Origin: Ascidiella aspersa
Taxonomy: Eukaryota
NCBI GenBank assembly: GCA_963924565.1
Contig: OZ004610.1
Coordinates: 25,420,001 to 25,484,000, forward strand
DNA length: 64,000 nucleotides
Direction: 5' to 3'
The position numbers were made by a program, and so were the translations under genes. The notes beneath the pieces are model-generated. The model was given only the letters and a program-made list of their open reading frames with translations, was not told the origin of the DNA and ran no database searches. Below are positions 1-13,200 of this stretch, piece by piece. Position 1 is the first letter of the stretch. Each line of letters begins with the position of its first letter.

Positions 1-1204
1 CATTAGATAGGTGTTATCGATTCGGGCAAGCAATAACACAATTTTATGTCGTAAAAGTTCAAAAAAAATTTTTCGAGGATCTGAAGAAACGCACGGCGTC
101 TTCGAGCAATTTTTTTATGGGCCGCTAAGACCTTCTGAAAAACCTAAAAGAGCTACGAACGCGAAAACGTACGCACTGGAAAAGTAAAAAAGGTCGGGGC
201 AAACATGGCCACGTTTCCTCTTCGATTGGGTCACTGCCTACGGGCATATTCTATGATCTATTCCATATGTTTCTGTGTTGCAAATGAAGTTGAACTCCGT
301 AATATTTTTACATTTATAGCGTTCTGTCACCAATTCGTAATCAACCGTGTAATTATGTTAAACTACTGAATATCGGAGCAAAGCTATGGCGCTTAAAGAA
401 GTCGCCCTTACTTGATCCTACCTTAACTGAATAGACCACATATTTATCAATAGTGCAGAAAAAACTATAGCGATTATTTTATGTCTCCGGAAGATCCTAC
501 CTTCAAATATAAAGTAATAATTTCTGGCGAAAACTATTTCGTTCCAATAATTAGTCCCAATGCTTGAAAATCGAGTTTAGGAGTGCTAACCATCAAAAAA
601 GAACAAATTTTGCTTCAAATCTCTAGCCCACTTTGATATTTATTTGGAAACGTCATTGTATTTCATATTGATGTATTGTATATTATATACAGGGTCACAG
701 CAATTTTCAACACATGGAAATTAAAAAAATCTTTAAATTGATTTCGTTTATTAAAGTGCATTTAAATGAGGTAAATATCAGGAACATAATTTAATTATAG
801 TAAAGGGAAAAAATCGCAATTCGTATGTTTTTAAAAGTCATAGGCCTATATATTTGAAAATACATATCATAATTGGCAAAAAACTTGAAGAATGTTGACT
901 CGATTCAAAAGGAGAATATCGCCGATAGAAAACTTTAATGTTGCAGACCGGAAAAAAATGTTGGTAAATGTAAAAAAGAACTGCACCAACGCGCAATCAC
1001 AGCGGATTTACAAAGTAGTACATTAAAGAACGACAGTATTGCTGACTTAGGTCTTCCCCTTTCAAGCAGCAGCAGCAATAAATTTATAACCAAGAGAAAG
1101 AAGCAGCACGTGTTTTTGCAACACCGCCTTACACAATTTCGGCGCTGGAGAGACAGAGAGAGCGAAAATTTCACGAAGGCGTAAAATTGGGCTACTCCAA
1201 AAAA

Positions 1205-4200
1205 CTAAGGCTTATGCCCGAGTGCCCGCAAGTACTCCTCTTGTAAAATGCGCTGCTGTTCCATCATGCTCTGTTCCTGTGCGACAGCCTGCAGATGTTG
1301 GGTGGCCGAAAGCTGCGTGGCTGAAAGGTATTGCTGGATGGCTTCTGGCCTTGGAGCCAAGCCGGGATGCGGTTGTAGCCCAGGGGGAAACATTGAACCG
1401 ACGGGCGGACCCCTGATTCCACCGAAGTTGAACATCGAGTGGGACATGGACGCTACAGATCATTTCAAAAAGGTCGAAGACTTAGTGGAGTCTGTTGTTA
1501 GTGTTATTTCACAAAACCAATCATATTTATATTCAAATTTTTATTTTAAGTAGTACACAAGATGCCTTCGAAATGGCTAACCGAAATCAGTCAGCGTTAT
1601 CAGTATTATAGAACACGCAAGGCCAGGCTGAAAAAAAATCACAGACGTTACCGTTGACCAGAACGACTTAAAGATGGTTTTGATCACAGAATACACATTG
1701 TGTATGTACGTTTCAGTTATTTTAAATAGTCCATGTTTTTAATAGAGATAGGCCGATATATCGGTTTACAGATATTATCGATCGATATTTGGCTTCTACC
1801 GATATATAGGCCGATATTTGACTTTCTACCGGTCTCGCTAAATGTAGGCCGATACTTCGGCCGATATTTTAGTACGAAAATATGATATAATTTTTCTGTA
1901 CAACAAACAACTTACCCATTTTTTTATTAAGGGTTTTAGCATCACACCAAGTTAATAAAATAATAGTTTAATAATTAAAGAGATATAAACTAAAATGTGA
2001 TTTAGATTTTATTTTAAATTAATTCAAGTTATGAACATTTCCCAGGTATATAAAAATTGGTATCGGTATCGGTTGATAAATTATAAAAAATCGGGTATCG
2101 GTATTGGTCCAAAAAAGCGATCTCTAGCTTTTAATATTAAAGATGTAAGTTAACACAGTTGTAATGTATATTCTCATGAAGCTCATTGGTACATTTAAAA
2201 GAAGATTAAGCAATATATTTGAAGTATTGAGCATTAAAACCACTTCTGTGTAACCTACCGGCTTGAAGTGGGTCCATTCCGGCAGCAAACGCCTGCTGGG
2301 TTTGCGCCTGCATTGCCATCATGGCCAAGGCTGGGTCGGCGTGGGGGGCAGGGGGGATGGATGTCGGGACTGGCGGGGCTCCTGGCAGGTTGGAAGGGTG
2401 CAGGTGAAGGTGGGAGTGAACATGCGAGTGCTGGTGATTTTGCAGCACCTCGCGTTGGTATTGCTCGAGGGCAGCCACCCTTTCCGCGTGAATTCTGAAA
2501 ATGAAATGCTAGCGTCAGTTCTACTACATCCAACGTTACCGGTAGGGATGCGGGATACATGTTGTTTCTTCCGATACCCGATATTTCGTGCTGGAAAAAG
2601 CATAATAGTGGAAAGTGAATCGTTCAACGGTAATGTTTTCCAGGTTAAAGTTATCAGAAATGAAAAAAGTTATCTCTAGTTGTTAACCTAATATCATTTG
2701 ATAAATTTGTGTTTCAATATAAAAATCGCTGGTTCAATCGCAAACCAGGATAAAAATCCTATGTTAGTTGGCCATTGGATCGGCACCGATACCGGAAGAG
2801 TACCGATACTACCACTTGGCATCGGGTATCGGCACCAGTCCGATATTATCCGACATTACAAGCATTTTAGTCCAAATAAAAAAAGGTCTGATTATTTGAA
2901 TCGACAAAGGCGAAACGGACCTCTCGTTTGCAAGCCGGTCGGCCATGTTCTGTTGCAGCTGCAGCTCGGGGTGGGCCATAAAGGGATGGATGCCAGGAAC
3001 ATGCGGAGTGGAGCCGGGAGCACCAAGGAACATACCTGCACAGTGACAAAAGAATAAAGTTAAACAGAAAAATAGTTCCGGCTTGTTATGCGCCCTTCCT
3101 TTACGCGCCGATAACCCTACCTAATGGAACGAACATGAAAACTTAATTACAAATCGAACCATAAATTGCGTTGGTCAAGTTGCTTAGCTCTACCAACTGT
3201 ATGTGAGCGAAGATTTTAAATCGTAAGGAAATATTTATGCCTTATTGCTTGTCCAGTAGTAAAAAGTAGTATTGTTGATTCTCCGGTTTATTATTAACCG
3301 GAGTAAATACCGTTGAATTATTATAAATAACTTTAGGGCCAGAGTAATTTAACACTAGAGTAAATATTTTGCTATTTACACTGTGCTCGATCGCTTACCG
3401 TGGCTAAATGTCTTGCAAAATGTTAAACTTACCGAAATTAATACAACTTGCTAATGCATGGGCGGGCAACATACAGCCCGCGGGCCAGGAACAGTTTGTC
3501 ACAATCCCATACTACTTGTTTACTACGTCAAAAAATAGTGATTGTTGGTTATTCTTTATTTCTTTGTTTTCGTTGTGTTTTTAGATTCTTTGTTTTAGGT
3601 TAAAATTAGATTTAGAAGTTACAATAAATATTTTCCCACGGATTTTGCCCAGAAACGTAAAGTTGACAAAAAGCGTCGCGAATTTAACAAGGATTGAATG
3701 TCAAAGTACTTTTTCCTTTAAATCGGCAAGAAAGCAGTATGTTTGCAATGAAAGTGTGTTGCCATGTGTAAAGAGTACAACAAAATACAAGTTATTCCGT
3801 GTTTAGGTGGATAAATACACGATTAATGTATCAATTTAGGAATCCCGCCCGCCAAGGAACTTCATTTTACCATATCAGGCCCGCGGACTGGATAAGTTGC
3901 GAGTGCGCTAATGGCTCTAAAAAAGCGTTCGTCCATCTCGGATATCATGAACAAGCAACTTAAGTAATAAACACCCTCGGGTCACCTGGCAGGTTGGGGG
4001 GATGGCCTTGCTCGAACGCTTGCTGGTTGATAAGGCCCTGCATAAGGCCGGGGTGCAGGTTCTGCAGCATCATGGCCTGTGCTTGGGCCGCGGCCGCCTG
4101 GGCGTCCAGGGACTCGAGGAACTTGCTTTCGGCGCTCGGCTTCGGCATTCTCTCCCGCAGTTCACGCTCACGCAACTCGCGCTCTCTCAGGTCTCGCTCG

Positions 4201-7200
4201 CTCTGCTGAAAGCCACAACACTCGTGAGGTTTCCGAACATATGTCCGTGATAAGCCAGCTGCATGACTAAGATGCTTGGAGGGCGAAAAACTATGACCTA
4301 ATATCGAACTTTTTGTACGATTTTTTAAGGTTTAATAAAATAGTGCTATTCGTGTTAGAGTATATGTATTGACCTTCGTCCAAAGTCTCAACCTTTATTT
4401 GGAGCAGAACGGCCATCACTAATTTATGATCAGCAAAATCTAGATGCCGTATTTGAAGCTTTTATATCAAACTTTACTCTTCAGACAATAATTACGGTTT
4501 ATGAAGCTTCAACCGAAATAAGAAGTATGTAAGTAATGTTCGAAACTAAGCGAAATAAAAATTTCCAATTAAGATCGGCTTTCCAACGCGAGCAATATTA
4601 TATAAATAAAAAGTGTGTAGCGAGTGTCCGAAACAACATGTACACAGAAAGGAAAACAAAGAAATCGTTACTTGAACGTAATAGGGCATAAGGTTCTGTC
4701 CCGGGGGCATCATGGCGGTCATCGAGTCGCGGTCGATGGAGGCGTATTGTCGGAGTGTGTGTGAAGCAGATGACTCCGGCCCCAATGCGTACGGTGAGCT
4801 GTGCGGTTGTGAGCTTCTGCTATAACACAGTAGGCATATGCAGACAGTTGTAATTCCCTTAGGAGGAAAACAGATTGCCGGACAAACAAATCTCGTCAAC
4901 GCTTTGTGGTTACACCTGCGATTAGGGGCGTGAAGCAGACTTGGACAACTAGATAATTGAGTTTTCTAATTCATTGAATTAGAGCAAAATTGTGAATTCC
5001 TTGTGTGCTTTAATTCTAGTTCTAAGCTAATTCGGATTTTTCCAAAACTGCTATTTTGTCTAACGGCATTTTTAGTCTCTCGGTTAAAACACAAAATTTC
5101 AACTAAAACTCTTTGGTTGGAACGACGGGTGTCATTTTTACAGTCTAAAAAAGGCATAAAAAATAGCACACACATCTTTAATTTTGACGTTCGTATAATA
5201 ATAATTCGCGATTAAATTAAACTGAATGTAAATAATTAAATGTGATTCTAGTTCAAATTCTAGTTGAATTTTTTTTTTTTTTAGGAATTCGGTAATTCTA
5301 ATTCTAATCTAATTTTAAAAAGCTAAAATAAATCTAGTTGTCCAAGTTTGGGCGTGAGTGAGGCTTAAAAAACTGTGATCGATACCACAAAACATAAAAC
5401 CGAGGTTAGCAGTTTGAATCTCGTGACAGAATACCAATCTTTGTAAATGGCCGTATTTGTCTGATTCGAAGATGCTCCTTGTGAGCACGTGCCTGTGGAT
5501 ATGTTAGACTTGGTCATTTTTTTCGCCTTTTACTCGAGCTTGTGCCTTTATGCTTCCATTTTTTTAATTGTTTTTTATTTCTACTTTGACCTGATGAACC
5601 ACGGTTGTTCAAAAGCTTGTCCAGATTTCAATACAATTTGTCTCTATATAGTGCCACCTGATTACCCCAGACAGAATAGTAGCTTTGAGCGGCCTCCTTG
5701 GAAGCACTGTTTTGAAGTCGGATAATTTACAGTATGTAATGCCACCTGAAGGCTGCCAATATACAGCGGATGCGGGTGACAGTATCCTGGGCTAGGGCGA
5801 CTTATGAGGGACAGATACTAGTAATAACATGCACATTGCACTGGGCCAGATACCAGTGAAAACATGCATGGTTTTACGCGTATCCTTACAACAGAGCTGA
5901 TCAAGGTACAAATTAATGAATCAGTTGATATATAGTTAAACCGAGTTTAGAGTTTTAAACAAGCGAAATGTAATATGTAATATTTTTACAATTGTTGCTG
6001 AGTGATTTAAATTCTGCAATGTTTACTTCAGTTGCCAAGCACAAACTTGAAATATAAATCGCCATAGAAATGTTTTTCGATTTACTGGAAAAGTGATATT
6101 GATTTTGGTGTAAAGCCTGACGCATGTTACGCAGTGGTATTGACCGACATTGTATAAAGTTTAAAACAGGGACCCTGTCAAGTAAGCCGAGGACACATAA
6201 CGAAAAACACCTTAAATAGCCAAGTGCTTATAATATGTCTGAAATATCAGTTTGTTCAAAAACAGCTCCTCTGGTAATTGTAATTCTTAACCTACGTTTC
6301 GTTAACATATGCAAGTCGCCTTCGTCAGGGTGAATGGCACCGAAAGCTCGTAGTACAATATATAAAAAACACAGAGGGAAAAACTACGAGCTTTCGGCGT
6401 CATTTACCCTGACGAATTAGGGCGACTTGCATAGGTTGACGAATCGTTGGTTAAGAGTTATAATTACAAGAGGAGCGTTTTTTTAATTAATATTACAAGC
6501 CTGGTAGCAACACTTTATATATTTGTTAAATATTCAATAAACCAACCTGTGTTGGCTGAAGTTGCTCAGATGGGTCGGGGTTGATCTGTGCTGGGGGGTC
6601 ACGTGGACAGGGGTGGTACGAGGAACATGGGGCCCCGATCTTGAAGCTTCGCGCTTAACGGACGGCGTCTCTCCGCGTGACTAAAAAATAAGCTTTTATT
6701 TTGCTTTTTGTCGACAAAATTTGTGAGATAGGTGATTTCGAATTAACGCTGCCCAGCTGATTCACGTGTTGCGCGTTATTTGGTTCATAGATTTGCTCTA
6801 ACGTCCAGCTACTTCGCCCGCATATATAGAAAACAAATTCGGCTATTTAAAGAATGCAATTGCAAACGACCCGCGTACAAAGTAGACAATGGAGCATAGT
6901 GGTTGGAGGTTATAGTAAGACGTAATAAGAATATTAAACTCCATGTTTTAAATGAATAAGAGTTATTCGAAACTTTCAAAATGATATCTACATCGGTATG
7001 GGCTTTAATATTCTTATAACGTCTTAAAGTAGACAATGTTTTTTGCAAACAGTTTTGCCTAACCACTGACGTACATATATTATTTTTTAGCTTTATAAGG
7101 AATTTCGAATAACGTTTTGTAAAATACTAAAGGCGAAAAAGTGTCACAGCTTAATTTAGTGATTTTCAACTTTTTATGGCTTGCGGCACCCCTCAGAAAT

Positions 7201-10200
7201 AATAAATAGATTACGGCACCCCTACACGAGGTACTTCACTAGAATGTCACAATAAAAAACTGAAACAACACATATCAACTCTGTACAACGTATGAAGTTT
7301 TAATTGGGTTTATTCCATTCTAATCTTACACAAAAAGTTGTAAGAGTTAAGCAAAAATCAGATTCTTAAATAACTCTCGGCACCCTTGAGCATTAGATAT
7401 GGCACCCCGGTTGAGAACCACTGGCTTAATACGACACAAAATTCTCGAAAAATTGAAAAAAAGAAGCATCGATTCGCGCAGATAGAGGAACACTTCAAAG
7501 CAACAACTCACTGGTGTCCTTTCCTCACGCGAGCGTTTGGCCGAGTCGCGATCGCGGTCCGACGATGCGGTCCTGGACTGGACCGGGGTCTGCTGGCGTG
7601 GGGCAGGGGTGGGTCCGGTTGAAGACATGGACGAGTGGCCAGACTGCTTGTGGTTGGCCTTGGTCCGGGCGTCGACACTGGGCGCCAGCATCAGATCGGT
7701 GCGACTGCACAGCTTATTGGAGAACCCCAGCAGCCTACGGAGTGTTGGGTGTGGTTATGTGTCGGCTTTTTAGGCATACAGGTCGCTAAGTTTAACATCC
7801 TACAAAACATCGTTGCGGTTTTTGAAAACGTTTTTTTTTTTGTTGAAAATGATTCCTACCTAGTGGACAATGTCGTTTCAACCTTTGTGCATTAATAACT
7901 TGTAAAAAAATAATCTCTCTGCCTATCGAAGTGACGAATAATTCCCTGACATTGGCAATATAGGTAGCCGAAATGTCGGATAAAATAAATAAGTAGCGAA
8001 AAACTTCTTTTTAGTATACTATGCCTGGTAGCAACAGCACATTAATATCAACAAGTTGTTTCAACGAATCAACGCATTATTTTTCACCCAGTCTTTCCCG
8101 AATTCGTAGTAACCACGGGAAGCCCGCAAACATTGGCCGTGAGGACGCTGAGATTAAGTTTGGTAACAAATATACATGTAAACAAACGAACCTGCGCGAA
8201 AAGGTCTCGGCGGGGCAAAGATTAAGTAAGTTTTTTTACACAGGCAAAACTTTCCGTATTAGTTATTTATTATTATGAAACAGTTGTTTCATACTGTTTC
8301 ATAGACAATTAAAGTGAGTTTTTGAAATGAAATCAGACCTTTTTTGTTTGAAATGTAAAGCATTTATCTTCTTCACAAAAACCAAAAAGCTCTAGTACTA
8401 CTTTTAGTCACTTTCTTACAAAATAAAACGCATGTTTATGTTTTTATTTTACTCCTTATGTAAAGGATGAGAAGTTTAAAATTTAAATTAAAACACGAAC
8501 AAACCTTGTTTTGCTGTAGGTAAATAAAGTCGTCCGCTTCGTGTTCCTGGGTGGCAAGCCATCATTGAAAAGACAGAAATTACTTGGATATGGCTGAAAA
8601 CAACAGAAGTGTTATAAATGGGCCGCAATATGAATTGCAACAATCATACAACAGATTTTATTTACGAGGTTCTAATTACGCGTGGTTCTAACAACATAAT
8701 TGAAAACTCTATAAATGAATGGCTGAACATCGTAATTATAATTTTTCTGCGTTTTAAATGTTTTAAACGTAACAGAAAATATTTATAATACTAAAAAAAT
8801 ACACCTTTACATTATGAGAAGATCTAATTACGCGTTATTAATACAACATAATTAAAAACTCTATAAATTAACGGCTGAACAATAAAATGCTCAATAATGC
8901 TTTTTTGCGTTTTAATTCTTTTAAAACGTAACAGAAAATATTTAAAATACTAAAAAATACACCTTGACGGAACACACTACTAAAAACTATGGGTATACAG
9001 ATTGGCAGAAACTCTATAGTGCAGTTGTGGAACAGGAATATAGACATTAGTTACCTGGCCAGCTGGAATTGTAATATGATGTGAAGGCAATATATTTGGG
9101 GCGGGTTCCTCGTCAGACTGAGATCCGTCACAATTCAATATTTCTTGGTTGGGAAGACCGGGATTACTGGGAAATAAAACCATTTTATGTCTTGTTTTAT
9201 ACTTCATGCCTTTTTTGTATTTCTTAGAAACAAAAATACTAGTCGTCATGTAATAACAACATTCGTGTATTTATCGAATTTATTGAAGAGGGTTAGTTTT
9301 ACTTTTTTACAAAATATTATCGCTTAAATATTTTTACAGAGATAAATAGTACATGGTTTTAAACATATAATTTTATTATACATTGGTTTTAAGCAAGATA
9401 ATTCTTAAAAAAAACTTACACTATGGCAGCTCTGCCTGTTTCCTGTCCTTTTTCTCTATGAGTATCAATAGGACCGACAGGCGGGTTAGCCTGTGCTGGT
9501 ATTTTTTGATCGACAGGGGTATACAGTCCTGTAACAAAAGTAAAAAGTCCTATACACTAACTGTAGAGGTAAAATGATAAAGCCTAAAGGCATGACATAC
9601 GTACGATTTAAAAATACGTCTTGGATAAAAATCAAGATTTGATTCTTTCGGTAAACAAATTAGTATTTACTAAATGGCGGCAAAAACGCTTTTTTATATT
9701 TTAACCGTTAAATTTCAGCAGCAAATTGAAAATTCTTAATCTAGTTTTCCTTCGTGTTTTGGAATTGCAAAGGGCTATGATTGGATTATGTTATAGCTTA
9801 TAGGTAACACCGTTGTCTGGTGTGTGGGTTTGTGGTGGTATAAAGCGCCATATAATGAACCTGCATGAAGAGAATTTTCAGCGTGATGCGACGGTGGCTG
9901 TTGAGGTGGCGTTTTCTTCTCCGACCCCAACGCGTTGTTGTATTGCATGTCGTGCGACGTTCCCTCAATCGGCTGCTTGTTCTGCACATATTGGTGCGGA
10001 ATCTTTCCAAAGTTCTTGTCAGGGATATTCGCCGAAGTCTCAGTAAAAGCAGCATTCTCATTCTAAATAGTGTTCAAACAGGTTTTATTTTTGTACATAT
10101 GCAAACGATGCTTTAATAATATTTAAAACAAAGCCTTCAGCTTGTATAATTTTCATATTATTAGGGTTTTGATAGATAAACACCTAAAACCGTTATATAC

Positions 10201-13200
10201 AAAATTTAAGCTCATTTGAACATGTATTGGTGTGAGGAAATCGAGTTGGAATTTTTGCCGAAAATCGCAAAATCGGGTAAAAATGCGAAATTTATATGCT
10301 TTATCCCTAAAACTGAAGGCGTCCTTTCAACCAGCAGCAGAAACGTAATGAGTTTGCCGAGATTTAGGTTTAAAACGTTGGGTTCGCCCCTGGACTATGT
10401 CACTTGTATTTTTTAGTTGCATAGGCCACAACCTCTACTGAGATTCAACTCACATTTGCCTGTTTGGGAGAAGGTGTCCGGTTCTTGATGTCAACAGCCG
10501 GCTGCTGGGCATGGGGTTTTACCACGGGATAAAAAAGGGTGCTGTGGGGCACGGCGTAACCCTGGAGCGAGGTTGGGTGAGCCACCGGGAGGGAAACAGG
10601 CGGTGGCGGTTGTTGTGGTACTGGCGCTACTGCAATCGGATTTTCAGCGTTTTCACTATTCGAAGTTCGCACGTTGGTCGTATGCAAAGGGGGCTCGATT
10701 TTCGGCGAAAGCTTTCCCGGTACTGCTTGATGCGACGGAAGGCGGGTGTACGAGGTGAATCCGTGCGCGTTTGGGGGGTTGTAGGCCTGGAGTTCTGGGT
10801 TGGGGGGAAGCTGGGGAGGGTGAAAGGGCGCCTCTTTAACCAGGGCGATCGATTCCGAACTGAAAGAAAAGATTTGCTGTTATTTGGACAAATCGAATGG
10901 TCGAATTGATTTTGATGTGTTTCAACAATCGACGACAATTAATCAAGACATTAGTACAGCGATATGACTTTAAGCAAAAAACATTCAAATACAAAGAAAT
11001 GGCGGATAATTTAACTTTTTTACAGGCTCTATATTTTGTATGCAATGATATATTTTGTATTAAACTTTTCCTGGGTTTAACTTTTAAATTCTACTGTCGG
11101 CACATATTGATATAAAATAATCTAAGGCAAACGTAAAAGTATAAAAGTTGAAAGCACTTATTTTACCTATTTTGCCACTTTGGAATGCTTGGTTTGGTGA
11201 GCATGTGAGTAGGAGATCCACTTGGAGATTTATTCTGTAGAATAATAAAAGGCAGTGACAACAATCCATGTTTATTAATTTCATGCCAAGGCACCACCCC
11301 CATACATTTTTAATGAGAAAATGGCACTTTGCTGTACCCCAAATCAGCTGAGCTATCTACAGCACGACGCATTGGACCTTTAATATGTAACTTTTCGCTT
11401 AGTCTGAAATGAATTATTTATGCTGATGGATAAATCATGAAACACCCAACAGTGCCAGAAAGGCTAAAGCTTTGGGGCTTTCAATACACAGAAAACCTGG
11501 TTTACAAGTAAATAGATGATCGTGGTAATGCATAATTTAAACCAATAAATTTGGGGTAAACAAACTGGGGAATACGCAACAAAAACACAAATTTTCAGGC
11601 AAGAATATCTTTGTGAGGTTTAAAACTATTTTTCCTAAAAAAGTCCTGATCAAGTTTAAATAGTATTTAACATTTCACTGCCTTGTCTTTAAAATTGTTG
11701 GTAAACAAACTCAGGAATATGCAACAAAAACACAAATTAAGAGAATCTTTGTGAGGTTTAAAACTATTATTTATTTAAGTAAAAAAAAGTTCTGATAAAA
11801 CTTAATTAGTATTTTAACATTTCATTACCTCAGCTTTAATGCGCTTTTTGTCAATATTTTTCTCGTCAGATGAAGAAGATGTATCTGCAGCTTCCCATTC
11901 TCGCTTACATGACTGAGACACAAATGTAACCAAAATTATGCTGCTGAAGACATCTCAGTAAAAAAGGTTATGCTTAGTGGTCGAAAATGGTGTATAAAAA
12001 TGGCAATGTATATACAACAAACATAAGAAAATTTAATGGTAACACAAAAGTTGATTTCACCCATTTTTCTAGGAATTAAACTTTTACCTGAATTCAACTA
12101 ACAAATGTAGCTTTAGACAGCTAGTAGATAACCAACATTTAGGGGGTATAGTGACTTATTATAAATTAAATTAGGGTTAGCAATATTTGTCTTCAGTTTA
12201 ACCCTTAAACCAATGCTTTTTAGGAAGTGTTTAGTGGTGATTTATTATCATATAATAAACAATAAATTATTATGTTTGTATTCTGACCCAATTACGACTT
12301 ATTGTGGTCAAATTTTATACATTATTTTTAACATTATTTGGATATGACAAATGTTACTAAAATAGCTTGTATATAAAATATTAGTCAATGATAGATTGCA
12401 TGTTTTCTACATACCTTTACTTCATGTTGGTCTTGGCTATTTTCATCACAGTCCATACTTTCTGGCACAGGGTGATGCTCTTCACTCATTTTTTCCTTGA
12501 TGGGTTTAAACATGAAAGGAGGAGGCTGAATGGCACAAGCACGGCCAACTTCTTCAACCTGATCAGGCGTATACATATTAGTCGTTAATCCTACACTGAG
12601 GATGCAGCTTATAAGTGTAAGTGTATCTACATGATGTAGTTTTTTCAAATACAGCTTATAAATATATAAATATATGTGAATAACTTTTGGTTGGAAAACA
12701 TACATTTGTGTTTTAACTTTTAACAGTCATTTCTTAAAAAGTAATAATATAATTTATTTTGCAGGAAGATTATGCTTCCTTATTTGCAATAAACGAACTC
12801 TTACATCCGACGGAGTATCATTGTCGAAATCAATATCAACTTTTGTAGATCCTCCATACTTCTTAAAAAAGATTCTACACTTAGTACACAGCATTACACC
12901 TTCCTTTCCTCCAACATTCCAATCTTCCGATTCTAAACCAACAGGTGAAAAGTGGGGAATTAGCAGGGCGGACAGGTGTAATTTCATGATTGTCAACTTT
13001 TAGGAATTTGATATTATATCAAAAAAAAACATACAGGCTGATTTACAGGATGAACGAACGAGCAAGATATGTTTACTTGTAGTGCAGCAGTGCATGCATC
13101 TGAAGTTTGTTGTATCTTTGTCACTTTCTTCACTGTCGGAAACCATATCACTTGAGCTGCCTTCCCCTCCTGCTATATATTAATAAACAATAAATATTCG

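Noticed and set aside
5650-5756. TGCCACCTGA twice, as CTCF-like sites or a small RNA
   Set aside because: Only partial motif matches; no supporting structure or conservation visible from sequence alone.
1212-10938. Many short plus-strand and alternative-frame ORFs over GC-rich patches
   Set aside because: Shadows of the Pro/Gln-rich RERE exons on the minus strand.
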